A stretch of 53,815 nucleotides of DNA, filler included, from Catajapyx aquilonaris (GCA_000934665.2; 3 parts of 3 records of this genome joined end to end with filler, not necessarily neighbours in it); one strand, 5' to 3'. Shown: positions 1 through 12,448, counted from the first letter of the whole stretch. Numbers and translations are program-made. Notes: generated from the letters alone by a model not told the origin.

Positions 1-1099
1 TAGGTAAGAACTTCAGCAGGGCTTACTGTAGCGTGATGTTCTACACAATTTTTGCAGTTCTAAAAGCCAAATGTGCAGTTCTGAATACGGATTTGTGCAG
101 TCAGCAAATAGCAGACAAGTCTGTTATATCCGGATTCAACTGCACTTGCACATTGGACTGCTGGAAATATTGCCCACAGCAGCTTCCTTCCTTCCCTATC
201 CTTGTCCCCATCCAATGGTGGTATTCCACCGGCCCAATGGAGCGCCGGTTCTCCCAATGTGGTATATATATTTAAAAAACAGGTCATTTTGAACGCCAAT
301 AAGGTCAGGTATATTGTCCATTACTTGATTTTCCTCACTTGCTAATTACTGAGGAAGTAGCATGCTTTTACATTGCACCTTATCAAAATCCGTCCGCACT
401 TGCCCTGCTTTACCCTATGTCAGGCTATATGTACAATTATTATTACACTACCCATTCCTGTTTCCTCTACGCTGTTATCATAAAGGGTAATATCAGGTGC
501 TGGAAGGCCACTTGCAGTAGGCCTACATGATGAACCTGTCGAGCTGAACACACATTGATAGTCTCCCTATCTATCTTCTTACAGATTATACATCCCAATT
601 GGGCCAAGAAATATTAAGCAGCCAGTATGCATTCAAACTTAGGGTTAATTGATATTCTGAATAGAACCCGCAAACGACACCCTATTTCCACACTACTTCG
701 CAAAATCCTCCAAAAAGTGCGTCCATTTTAATTTTGGTTATTCTTTGAACACTTTGCAAATATCTGAATAAAATCACATTCTAAAAGCCTTATTCCATTG
801 GATGGGTTGGCAAGAGTGACTTTCTTCCATCCAATAAGAAGCTCTCTGACACCTGACGGCTTAACCTGTTCGCGTGCCCTTCTCAATAAAAATCATAAAT
901 ATATTAATAAAGGAAGTGTTATGTCATGATCTCTTTGGATTAGACTCAATATTTTTATTAGTTGAATTCATTAATTCTTTAAAGGGCACATGAAACATAT
1001 ACGAGGAGTGATCAAAAAGTAAGGTCTCCAAGGCTGTAACCTTTATTCTGTATGAACACAAATGACGAAACTTACAGGGTACATGAGGACAATGGACAT

Positions 1100-1475
1100 C
1101 TACTTTTCTACATAGTTTCCACACCGAAGAACGCACTTATCCCATTGCCAGACCAGTTTCTCAATCCCTTCCCAATAGAAACGGGTGCCCTGTTGACAGC
1201 ACCAGTCACGCAGCCTTCTTCACCTCATCGTCGCTTCGGAAATGCTGACCTGCCATGTCTGCTTTCAGGGCTCTGAATAAGTGATAGTCTGTGAGGGCTA
1301 GGTCGGGACTATAGGGTGTGTGAGGAAGAACTTCCCAGTCGTATCTATTCAGCAAAGCCACGGTGTCCCTCGATGTGTCCGGACGGGCGTTGTCGTGGAG
1401 AAAGATGACCCCAGCCGTGAGCAATCATGGTCGTTTCCACCGGATGGCCTTCTGCAACTTCGCCAGGGTCACTGC
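1100..1475 (-). pseudogene. Mariner transposase C-terminal fragment, left arm
   Basis: Minus strand reads TLAKLQKAIRWKRP*LLTAGVIFLHDNARPD...YSPDLALTDYHLF and contains stops. Confidence 0.88.
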
Positions 1476-1505
1476 GCTCCGAATTGATAGTGGCAACTTC
1501 CAGGA

Positions 1506-1832
1506 TTGCTCACTGCTGGGGTCATCCTTCTCCACGACAACACCCGTCCGCACACATCGAGGGACACCATGGCTTTGCTGAATGGATACGATTGGGAAGT
1601 TCTTCCTCACACACCCTATAGTCCCGACCTAACCCTCACAGACTATCACTTATTCAGAGCCCTGAAAGCAGACATGGCAGGTCAGCATTTCCGAAGCGAC
1701 GATGAGGTGAAGAAGACTGGGTGTGACTGGTGCTGTCAACAGGGCACCCCTTTCTATTGGGAAGGGATTGAGAAACTGGTCTGGCGATGGGATAAGTGCG
1801 TTCTTCGGTGTGGAAACTATGTAGAAAAGTAG
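1506..1832 (+). pseudogene. Mariner (D,D34D) transposase C-terminal fragment, right arm
   Basis: ORF translation LLHDNTRPH...HTPYSPDLTLTDYHLF...WDKCVLRCGNYVEK*. The N-terminal two thirds are absent. Confidence 0.9.
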
Positions 1833-1983
1833 ATGTCCATTGTCCTCATGTACCCTGTAAGTTTCGTCATTTGTGTTCATACAAAATAAAGGTTACAGCC
1901 TTGGAGACCCTACTTTTTGATCACTCCTCGTATATTAATTAACCTGATTATTCGGACTCATTCAAACACTGTAGGCTGCATGA

Positions 1984-4335
1984 GTTGATCCATCGTACAA
2001 CGGACTTGTTAAGAGCTGGACTTGGCCGGACTATTCATACGCAATAATTAGGTCGGACTTGAGCCAGTAAACTACGCCTACTTGCAGGGTAGTAAGATGT
2101 TGAATTTTAAATACCTTATTGGTGATTCTCAAGGGGCCAGCCACGTATGGCTCCTTTCTGCCACCTCTGCTCCGAAGCCTTCTGAAAATCCCTCAACGGT
2201 GCCTGATTTATTTCTGCTTCTGGCGAGAGTATGTAGGCTATTACTTCAGCGCTTCCACGAATCAATTCACCTAAACCGAAAGCAAACAGATATACATGTC
2301 AATAAATGCAAATGACAGCAATTTCTATTACAATTATATTGCATTTGTGAATTGTCCGATGCAGTATATGTGAAGCTTAGCCATAACGTTCTAAGTAAAT
2401 GTAAATGCTCAAGAATCAAGAAATACTTACATCAACGTTAAGAATAATATCGCTTTTCCCGCTAACTGCTTTCATCCGTGGTCAAATCTAACATAACAGA
2501 CCTATTTATCGAAATATTTTGCAGGAACTGGGCAACGGCCCATTTCAATAATTAAAATAATTCATAGTCATAAAATAAAATTAATAAGTCCAAATAATAC
2601 AGTTACATGCAAATAAATGCCAATGACAGCTTATCTAATTATTATCGCATTTGTTACTAGTTCGATGCAGTAATTGGATGCCACAATGCAAAGGGTCCAT
2701 CTGTCAATTTCTACGAAAATGCTTTTATGGCATACTGTACTTCCTCTGCTGCGAGTGCCTATTTATAAACTCCGAGGTTCGACTTTCCATTGTTAATGTA
2801 AGAGGGATTCATAATAAGTGTGATATTGTTAGGAAAGCATTTGTTGATGCTCGTTTAGATATATAATGTGCTTGTCTGAGACCAAGATGAAGGGGTGTTC
2901 AGTGGGTGATTTCAATGGGCTAACAGGTTTCTGGTCTGGTGTAGATGAAAGGGAGAGGGCTTGTGCAGGTGTTGGTATACTGATTAGTCCTAAGCTGGTG
3001 CACTGCGTGAAAGGATATAGTCAGGTTAGTGAGAGAATAATGTGGGTGAGTCTGAAGGTTAACCACCTTCAGACTCACCCACATTATTCTCTCACTAGGT
3101 TAAGACTAGGATTGTGGTTGGGGCTGTGTATGCACCAGTTGACTCATCTTCGGATGAGGATAAGGAGAGGTTCTGGGATAGCTTAAGTGCTGTGTTGGAT
3201 GGGTTCAATGGTAATGACAGGATAATTCTTGCAGGGGATTTTAATTCTTGGGTGGGTGTCTCTCGCCCGGGGTATGAGGGAGTGTTGGGTCGTTATGGGG
3301 ATGTCAGGGTTAATGGAAATGGTGTGAGTTTATTGGATTTATGTGTAGAGAGGGGACTTTATGTGTCTAATACTGACCAGGTGGGCCAGTGTCTTAAGGG
3401 TGTTGCTAGTGTTAAGCCGAGACGTTCTTGTGTAAATAGGACCATGGACGTGGCTGAGGCTATAGGGTTGTTTGTTTGGATAGGTGTAAATGGCGTAGGT
3501 TAATTAATGGGTAAATAGGTAAATATGTCTGAGGATAAGGTGATGTCTGAGGTGGGCAGGGGTGGGGGGTGGGACAGGTTGTTTTTAGGTTCTTTCTCAT
3601 GTGTTTTATTAGTTCATATGTTGGGTTAGCATGCATCTCCCTTCATCGCTGACTACCNTGTTGTTGTTGTACTTCCTCTTGTGGAAGTCCATCCGTATAA
3701 AATGCAAGAAGAGCCGAAATGTCACTAGTAATGCCTGAAAAAGGCTTCTAACCGCATCGACGGACCAAAACGCGATTTTTCGATAGCAGTGACAAACGTG
3801 ATTGCCACTTGAAAAGAGCGATTTTAATACACTACAACTCTACAAGTGTCCCTCGATTGACAATAGCGGTGAATTGTACCCGCGACGTGATTTTCGTCTA
3901 CGGTCTATTTCTAAAGGACATGCGTTACTTTACCTTTTAGAACGTTCCCCTCTAAGGAGCAGTGCTAAACCTAGTGAAAAATATAGTAGACTTGTGGGTC
4001 TATATGTCCCCCAAAAATCTTTGACCTACGCCCTCGGGAAGTGGTCAAAAATGGCCGCTACTTTATAGTACTAGGTGGCATGGGAGACCAAAAAAAACAT
4101 TAAATTTAATTAAACATAATGTGTAATCACTCTGAGGCGAATACTACGTCTCCTGTATATCATAATCATTCATTAATTTTATCCTGAGACGGTTTTTTCT
4201 ACATATTTAAGCCAAAGGAACGATACAATGCCGCAAGAAGGGTGCAATTGTGAGCATTAAAAGTACCGTATTTAAATAAAATGCAAATTACATGCCGATT
4301 TCGATGAAAGCGCTGGATCAGGTATTCATGTTGTA
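1984..4335 (+). repeat. Host repeat block B, copy 1 (interrupted by an RTE insertion)
   Basis: AGTTGATCCATCGTACAACGGACTTG... is near-identical to 16047-17456. ORF-track entries 2082..2315 and 16146..16364 share their first ~50 aa. Confidence 0.9.
2748..3667 (+). mobile_element. Internally deleted RTE-clade non-LTR retrotransposon (APE endonuclease piece fused to the ORF C-terminus and 3'UTR)
   Basis: 12-bp TSD TGTACTTCCTCT (2736-2747, 3668-3679) and a (TTG)n tail. APE motifs: NVRG, CLSETK, AGVGILI, VYAP, AGDFNSWVG, NGNG. The RTE-type C-terminus follows directly from ~3375. The empty site is at ~16798. Confidence 0.9.
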
Positions 4336-4464
4336 TATATCTGTCATTAGGTTTAGAGCACAATTGCCTACCATGAACAGAAACAGAAATAAATAGGTTT
4401 TTTTCGCTTCCTGGACATTTTCGATTTTCATAATTGGGCACTTATTGAATTGTGGTCTTCAATT

Positions 4465-4983
4465 ACATATGTGAGGCTTAGCCATAACGCCCTAAGTGAA
4501 AGTAAGTGCGCAAGAATCTATAATACTTACATCAACGTTACTAATAATAGTATCGCTTTTGAAGCTAACTGCTTTCATCCTTGGTCAAAACTAACATAAT
4601 ATCGAAATATTGGCCGGAACTGGGCAACGTCCCATTTCAATAATTAAAATTATTCATAGTCATAAAATTAAAAATAACAGGGATAAAAATAATACACAGG
4701 GGGTATCAACCTTTTTGTCCGAACAGTTATCAGAAAATCCTATGTATCTTCTAGCTATACAGCCAGAATATGCGCCAACATTCCTGGCACATAGGCTATT
4801 CCGATTACTGTTCGGAGAAAAAAAAGTTGAGACATCCTGTAGTTACAAGCAAATAAATGCTAATGACAGCAACTTCTCTTATTATCACATTTGTGCAACA
4901 TTTGTGTAGAGTCCGATGCAGTAATTACATGTGTGAAGCATACAGCCATAACGCTCTAAGTAAAAGTAAGTGCTCAAGAATCA
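4465..4983 (+). repeat. Diverged additional copies of the ~300-bp subrepeat of block B
   Basis: GCCATAACG..CTAAGT..AAGTG..CAAGAATC and GCTAACTGCTTTCATCC..GGAACTGGGCAAC match ~2370-2670 and ~16425-16740. Confidence 0.7.
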
Positions 4984-5101
4984 GGGAGGTGTGGTAGATA
5001 GATGGTAACGTCTCGGCTTGCTGAGGGAAAGGTCCTGGGTTCGATCCCGACCAGGGAGTTCCATTTCGCCTGCGTCAGGAGGGTTTCTGACCCGCACCTA
5101 G
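4983..5101 (+). mobile_element. tRNA-derived SINE family A, 5' part
   Basis: GGGAGGTGTGGT..A box..GGTTCGATCCC B box. Matches the minus-strand copies at 38801-39047 and 44426-44674. Confidence 0.75.
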
Positions 5102-5909
5102 GACCCCATTCCTGCCCTAGCGGTATTGTTGTGCGATAAGGACGACGAAAGCAAAGGAAAAATTTCTAATTACCGAGTGTAGTGAAGAATGAGAAAATTC
5201 CGGATAATTCACATATCCCAACCTTGGAGGAAGGAATACTATGGAGGTGGTGCCCCCTATCACCCCCATTATGGAAAATTGTACCAGGGGGCGTGGCTTA
5301 ATCTGGAACGGCGGCCATCTTACTATGGCCCAGAAATGAGCGCGCATATGACTTGGAAGCAGGAAAAGCGGGCGATAGTCAAGTGTACGGACGTCTGGAT
5401 TTTTCCAGGACAGTCCTGAATTTCCACCCTGTGTCCCGGATTTTACCAAATACCATTCGGGACGCCGATATGCCCCAAATTCGGCCACGCTGTCATGGTT
5501 TAATAATTAATATTCATCATAATGAATTAGATGGTCATATTCTGTATTCCTCTTGAAATACGCGATCGTGCTGGTTTGTCTTTGGTAGGAAGACAATGAG
5601 CTCCTTGTTTGACACTGATACATTTATTACACATATTTCAACACACATTTTCAATACAATGGGAATGTCTTGGTTATGCATATGGGAAGGCTTACAATAA
5701 ATTACTCAATCCCTGTTGCACATACATGTACCAAGCAGAACGACAAAGCTGATGTACAATGACAATAACAAAGATTGACGCATCCTTGGCGGTTATGCAC
5801 CCCATTGCACAGGTGTGTAGTACACACACATTGTGTGTACGTACGTGCTTATCTGCTGGTTTTTTCCCCTCCTCCCTTATCTACTCCTCTCGAGCACTTG
5901 CCTTCTTAA

Positions 5910-6034
5910 GAGCCGGTTTCACCGAGCTCAGTATATGATAAAACCAGGGTATTTCTCAAAATCCCTATCTATTTGTATGGATTTTCCTAAAGAAACCTGG
6001 TTTTATCATATACCAGGCTCGGTGAAACCGGCCC
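5910..6034. mobile_element. Small palindromic MITE, PIF/Harbinger (Tourist)-like
   Basis: TIR GAGCCGGTTTCACCGAGC / GCTCGGTGAAACCGGCCC, an inner IR TATATGATAAAACCAGG, and TAA/TTA flanks. Confidence 0.7.
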
Positions 6035-6397
6035 TTATCTGTCTAAGTTGTAACCTAGCTATCTCAAAAGTGCAAGGTAATGTGTCTCCAGAAATTCAAG
6101 TATGATGCAGAAAAATGCTATTTATTTTGCTGCTACTGGTAGAAAACTATACTGATTTATTCCGATCACATGCTCGTTGTGTTAAGTTCAGAGCAGATAA
6201 TATTATTACTTATGTGCCTGTGGATCAGAGCAGACTGACTGTCAGTATTCATAAACATCTAAAGCGAAGAAAATGACATTTAAAGCCAATCATATTCAGG
6301 GTGTTCCAAGTGTGCAGGATACCTTAAATAGGGAATGTCGCTGGAAACTATACTTTGTAGCTTGCGCCCAGTTCCAGGCGGGTTTAAGCGGAATTTA

Positions 6398-6401
<4 letters not shown>

Positions 6402-6450
<49 letters not shown>
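6402..6450. repeat. (TAA)n microsatellite
   Basis: Seen directly. Confidence 0.95.
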
Positions 6451-8005
6451 CGAAAGGGGAAATTCAAAACAACACACATACATTTAAATTTGTCAAATAT
6501 CCATACGGCAGGGGCCGAAATATTCGAATGCAAAGTTGCTGCAATTTGCACTCCAGAATTGTTTTCTGCATTCCAATTTTTGCATTGCAGTTGGTTCTTA
6601 TTTTTAACATGGCTAAACTCAGTAAGTTAAAAATTAAGGACAACAAGTAAGTCATTTGAGCTCCGGATAAAAGTCTGGACAAAAAAAATACAATATTGGA
6701 CACCTGAAATGATACTGAACCATGTCGCAAAAACTAAATAACAAGTCAATGCAAATATATGGCCAACACAAAACAACAGCTGTTTCAGTTCAAGGAAACT
6801 ACACAGACTATAGGCCTATACTCTTGTAATATAAGTCAATACATGTTTGGATTGAAATCATAAACAACTGCATCAGCAAAAATTGAACCTTAAGTGACCA
6901 GTGTGGCTTTCTGATTCCATCTAGAATTAATACAAATCAGGGTGGTTCCATTTCAGATCAGCCAGTGAGTGAAAAAAGGTGTCAAGTCAGAGTCATCGAT
7001 TATTTTGAAAAAAATATATGTCAAACCCACATCCAATTGAACTCTTATGGAGCAATCAGGTTTATGAGATTAAAAGTTATCGAGATATTAATATTTCTTT
7101 TAAGGGGCACCAACATCGCAATCACGGGAAGATGCACTTTTTCCATTGCTTTCAATGGGTATATTTCGGGAACTGTTCTGAAAACCAGCATGAAATATTA
7201 AACTCATGCTTTTGAAATAATGCACTGTTATGTAATGCATACATTTACCTTATTTAATGGTACAGTCACCTTCAAAAAAATCTTCAATCTTGCATATTTT
7301 GGTCAAAATGCTAATATTTCGCAATTTAATACACCGTCATGGTAAACGTGACGGTTGTGCTGATTATATTTTGTGATAATACTCGGTGACCCCCTCCAGA
7401 TTATGAAATAAAACCTTTGTTAACTCCGCGTGTAGTTGAGATATGGGAGGTGTAAATATGGCAACAAGCTAAAACACGCATATTTCAAAATTATTTCCTC
7501 AAAAAAGTCATTTTCATATATTTTTTAAATTGTTTATTTTACAAGGAAAGACATGGTATAAAATTACGAAGTGTCAAAACCCGGTATATATTTTTTATAC
7601 TTGAGATATGAATTTTAGTATAGTGACCATTTTCGTCATGGTCCTATACAATATGCACACTTCAAATAAATATTTTCTCGAAGAAGACATTTGAAATATT
7701 CAATCTTTATTTTTCTATAACAAAGTAGAATGCGTTCTAATATTAAATGAGATCAAAATTAAGTATATATTTGTATTCCGTGAGATACGAATTTAATACT
7801 GAGCGGTGATTTTTAATGCAACAACATGCACATTTCAAAAATTAATTTCTGGAAAACGCCATTTTTATCATGCAATATTCGTTTATATTATCTTCATAAA
7901 GGAAAGACAGGTTCTATCAAATAAAACCTGGTATAGATTCTTGATAAATGAGAGGGAAATTTAGGAAAAGTGGTATTTTTTGCTTTCATTTAGTGTCTTT
8001 CAACA

Positions 8006-8367
8006 TCCACACTACTTCGCAAAATCCTCCAAAATGTGCGTCCATTTTAATTTTGGTTATTCTTTGAACACTTTGCAAATATCTGAATAAAATCATGTTT
8101 TAAAAGGCTTCCATTGGATGGGTTGGCAAGAGTGACTTTCTTCCATCCAATAGGAACCTCTCTGACACCTGACTGCTTAACCTGTTCGCGTGCCCTTCTC
8201 TATAAAAATCATAAATATATTAATAGAAGTGTTATGTCATGATCTTTGGATTAGACTCAAGAGTTTTATTAGCTGAATTCATTAATTCTTTAAATGACAC
8301 ATGAAACATGAATATTGATTAACCAAATTATCCGGACTCTTTCAAACACTGCAGGCTACATGAGTAG
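8006..8367 (+). repeat. Host repeat block A, copy 2 (mariner-free empty site)
   Basis: Colinear with 687-999 plus 1933-1985. Confidence 0.85.
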
Positions 8368-9248
8368 ATATTCAAATATGGGTGTTTATTCACTGGCTTG
8401 GCTATTGATGAAAAACCAGTGAAAGAATAGCATATACATGGTCATTCGCTGGTAGTGATACATTGGCTATTTGTCTTATACTAAATGAACAGTAATTAGG
8501 TTCTTATAAGGTGCAGTCGAGTGATAAATAGCTCCTCGAGTCCCTTGTACTGCACAGTAAGACAGCAAGTCTGACCAGTTCCGAGGGTCCGACCACTTGC
8601 CAGTTTCGGGCCCAAATCAGGCCAAAACCGGTTTTTGTCAGTCGAAGTCAGATATTGGCCTGCTTACGCCCTCACGATTTGAGCCTCGGTCGCACGACCA
8701 GACGCTTTGCGACCGACAAATATATGTTTCCCTATTAGTGCAGTCATTTTATGAAAATTAGGTAAAAAAATCCTTACAAGCAAGAGATTTGGTGTATGTG
8801 TAGTATTTGATCACCCTTGTAACATACTAAAAGTCCTTGGAAATCCATGCTGTGCGACGGCCGCCATCTTGAAAATGGCGGCCGAAATCCAATTTTTCAC
8901 TCTTATCTCGGAAAATACACATGTTATCAAAATGTCTTTTAAACAAAAAATGTTTGCTATGCAATTGCCCATAAAATCTATTCTTATCATTATTTTGATA
9001 AACCTTGCCATTATGCCAGAAATCTAATTTCCTTTGTTCAATATATGTCGAAAAATGGGATTTCGGCCGCCACTTTCCAAGATGGTGGCCGTCACACAGC
9101 ATTGATTTTCGAGGACTTTTAGTATGATACAAGGGTGATCAAATACTACACATAGGCTACCAAATCTCTTGCTTGTAAGGGTTATTAATCTTATTATAAT
9201 ATAAAATAATATTATAACGTGACCCATGGACACATTATGCTGGCCAAA

Positions 9249-9530
9249 TAGTGATGCAGTCATTTTATGAAAATGAGGTATTAAAAAATCCTTACAAGCG
9301 AGATATTTGGTATATGTGTAGTATTTGATCACCCTTATAACATAGTAAAAATCCTCGAAAATCAAGGCTGTGTGACGGCCGCCACCTTGAGAAATGGCAG
9401 CCTAAATCCCATATTTCACACTTATCTCGGAAACTACACATGTTTTTAAACAAAAATGTTTGCTGTGCAATAATTGCCCACATCATTTATTCTTAGCCTT
9501 CTTTTGATAAACCTTGCCATTATGCCAGAT
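9249..9530 (+). repeat. Internal direct copy of the Academ left terminal repeat (a short inverted copy also lies at ~9060-9180)
   Basis: TGCAGTCATTTTATGAAAAT..AAAAAATCCTTACAAGC..GTAGTATTTGATCACCCTT repeats 8739-9020. Confidence 0.75.
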
Positions 9531-9591
9531 ATAGTATAATAGTTCAGCGAAAAAGAAAAGACTCTACTTGCAATATACACAAGTAGGCCTA

Positions 9592-11218
9592 CTAGACATT
9601 ATCATCATCTTCATCGGACTGAACATCTTCGGAATTCATGCAGGATATAGTCCTTGACACTCTCTACACATAGTCGAGCACTTCATTCCAGATTTTCTAC
9701 ATTTACATCTGTTGTCAGAGTTGATTTTACAGGTACACGATATTAGCGTTAACAATTCCTGCGGAGCGTTTTTTTTTTGGGGTCATAGACACGAGTGTGA
9801 AACTGTCTCTCTTTAGTATCCACCCCTAGTCAGAAGGGTTCATCCTGTTATACCTTTCCAATTCTGAACTTATAGATACGCCCGGTATGAATGTTGTGCT
9901 GCAGCATCACTAGTTGGAGGCAGAGATGCGAGGTCAACGTTTTACCGACTGGCTGTTTGGATATTTAGAAGATGGCAGGCGATCTGTAGTAGCGCAAAGC
10001 ATCTAAGGTATAACTTCTTGATAATCCATATAAGCGAAGTAAAAAGTCTTCTCCTGCAGCAGCTACCTCTTCTTTGGTTGAAGAAGGAGCGTTAAAAACT
10101 TTCATGCCTTCCCTCAGGAAACTGTCCTTTTGCAATAGCTTCATTGCCTGCAATTTACCTCTCTAATGCTGTTGAAACAATCATGGTATCAGCATCTGAT
10201 TCTGCCAACCTCACCTGTATGTTTGATGACAGGCAATGTCTTGAAAGCAGTTCTATGGATTTTTTTCGTTTCTTCTGTTTGCTAAGAACTCAGCCTGCAT
10301 TGTTATCGTTTCTGTATTTTCTTATGGATCAATAATTGTAGCAGAGGTTCTTCTGGCAGCTCTTCGTTGCTGTTCACAGCATTTGGTTGTAGGATAATCA
10401 GGGTATCCATCGAAAACCACCACACAGTTGCTCCCGTATTAAGATTGGATAACAATCGTCATGTCGGGGCCATACTACACGGTACAGGAGATGTCCACCG
10501 TCTATACAGGGTGTATCTGAACTCAGTGCCCCGACGTATGTCATATACGTCGGGGCACTGAGTTCAGCCACCTAGCCACCAGAGGATCGATTTAAGTATA
10601 GTAGTCATATGTCTGGGCAGCCTCATTACTGAGATACACTCTTTAGCGATTTTTGCCTAATCGCTCCTTCTGACTTTTAAATAGAATTTTCTGGTGTAAC
10701 TAGCCAAAGAGGCCTTACCACCTGTGGGCAACAAACCAACAAAGTCCCGCCCCCAGACCTTCCAGAGCCATCTGACTGGGGGAGGGTTCGATGGGTGGCC
10801 TAACCGACAGGATATTTTGTACTACATGTTTGCGGCCAATTATCTCCGTAATGAGGCGGACAAAAATAATGATTCCTATACTTAAATCGATCCTCTGGTG
10901 GCTAGGAAGGCAGTCATATACGTCGGGGCACTGAGTTCGGATACACCCTGTATAATGTACGCACAGTTCTCAGGAATGTGTGGGAACTCCTCGACTTGGA
11001 ATGCTTTTACCAAAGAAGATAGATTTCACTTCTTTCCTTTGTGATACATCCTCAAATAAAGAAGGAGGCCTTGGTGCATGCTCAAACGTAAAACACTCCT
11101 TTAGCTTATGGGGTTCTCTCTCAACACATATAATCCTGTTAAAAACCTGCTGGGTGTTTACAACAACAGAATCGTCTCCTAGCCGGATAGCAGAACTAAC
11201 CCCTGCAAGCGGTTTCAC
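9592..11218 (-). pseudogene. Academ protein C-terminal half (XPG/PIN-like nuclease plus Cys8 finger), frameshifted and interrupted by a MITE
   Basis: Motifs in order on the minus strand: EHAPRPPSLF..RK..KS; VVFDGYPDYPTTK..EQQRR; AESDADTMIVSTAL; AGEDFLLRLYG..LRY; LPPTSDAAAQHSYRAYL*VQNW; ISCTCK...CKCRK.GMKCSTMCRECQG; stop at 9592-9594. Confidence 0.82.
10507..10950. mobile_element. Tc1/mariner-type MITE (family M1), copy 1
   Basis: TA|CAGGGTGTATCTGAACTCAGTGCC ... GGCACTGAGTTCGGATACACCCTG|TA. A second copy lies at 42473-42896. Confidence 0.9.
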
Positions 11219-11822
11219 CAAGGGGGTACTCATTTCGGTACTCCGGTGTACACCTGCAGTGGTACTCTTTGGTACTCCTTTGGTACTCCCAGGTACTCTC
11301 TGGCGCTCCCAGACAATAAACAAATAAGGTAGGCCTACCTGTACTGTACCAAATAAGGCCCACCTAACATATAACAATTTTTCACCAGTCCTATAGTGAA
11401 TGTTGAGCATTTATTTGACTGCATGGATAGATAGCCTACATCATGTAATAAGGCACAAGGCAATAAATCTCCGTATATGCTGCAATGGATATTTTAGGCT
11501 GACAAACTGATAAGTAAAGTGTTACACATGGGCCTTACTAAGACCATAATTATGTACCAAATAAGGCCCACGTAAGTCCGCCAGGTTCAGTTGGAGAAAA
11601 GATGTCAGACTGGGAGAAAAGGGTAGAAGAAGTGGAGTGGAAAACTGGAAAAGCCGCGAAAATAATGGTTTCTGATAACATACTGTATAATGAATATGCC
11701 TTTTTTACTTAATATAACTGAAACGCAAATTATCACATTCTTTTACTTAACACACTAATAAGGCTGAAATTTGTAACCTAAATCAAATATTTTATCAATA
11801 TTTTATGGTGACTGTTGAATTT

Positions 11823-12175
11823 ATGTTGGCCTAGGAAGACATGGTTGGACCAGGTGGGACAGTGCCTTAAGGGTGTTGCTAGTGTTAAGCCGAGACGTTC
11901 TTGTGTCAATAGGACCATGGACGTGGCTGAGGCTAGGGTTGTTTGTTTGGATAGGTGTAAATGGCGTAGGTTAATTAATGGGTAAATAGGTAAATATGTC
12001 TGAGGATAAGGTCATGTCTGAGGTGGGCAGGGGTGGGGGTGGGACGGGTTGTTTTTAGGTTTATTCTCATGAGTTTTATTAGTTCATATGTTGGGTTAGC
12101 TTGCGTCTCCCTTCATCGCTGACTACCCCTCATAGGGAAATGTCGTGATGTTGTTGTTGTTGTTGTTGTTGTTGT
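11823..12175 (+). mobile_element. 5'-truncated RTE LINE (ORF C-terminus, 3'UTR, (TTG)n tail)
   Basis: 14-bp TSD TGACTGTTGAATTT (11809-11822, 12176-12189). Encodes PRKTWLDQV...A...DR.KWR. Absent from the opposite palindrome arm (~14430-14450). Confidence 0.9.
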
Positions 12176-12247
12176 TGACTGTTGAATTTTGTGGCGCCCT
12201 TTCTTTGTACAATAAGTACATGCTGGAGAGAGTGTGAGTATCGAAGT

Positions 12248-12312
12248 AGCGCAGTGGTCTATTGGTTAAGACTCTCTCTTCGTAACCTGAAGGTTGAAGG
12301 ATCGAATCCTGA
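12248..12312 (+). other. Degenerate tRNA-like Pol III unit 1 (mirror copy at ~14313-14378, minus strand)
   Basis: A box TGGTCTATTGG with D-stem GTCT/AGAC; B box GGATCGAATCC. Confidence 0.45.
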
Positions 12313-12448
12313 AAAAAACGGCCTCGTTTCTTTTTATCGCTATGGACCTTTGTCTCTGCCTGACTTCATCTCGCATCTTACATTTATTTCTCTTTGAAGT
12401 GCATCTGGTAAATAGGCTAGACCTTCTTGCCACCCACAGTTTCGTTGA

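Larger units (their letters stand above)
1002..1930. mobile_element. Non-autonomous mariner foldback made of two inverted 3' ends of a mariner element
   Basis: Termini CGAGGAGTGATCAAAAAGT / ACTTTTTGATCACTCCTCG flanked by TA (1000-1001, 1931-1932). Arms ~1002-1430 and ~1500-1930 are reverse complements. Both encode the transposase C-terminus (HDN(A/T)RP, YSPDL..DYHLF, GIEKLVWRW..C....GNYVEK). Confidence 0.93.
687..1985 (+). repeat. Host repeat block A, copy 1 (interrupted by the mariner foldback)
   Basis: TCCACACTACTTCGCAAAATCCTCC...CACATGAAACAT and the sequence after the mariner (TTAACC..ATTATTCGGACTC..TTCAAACACTG) recur contiguously at ~8006-8367, which is the empty site. Confidence 0.85.
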
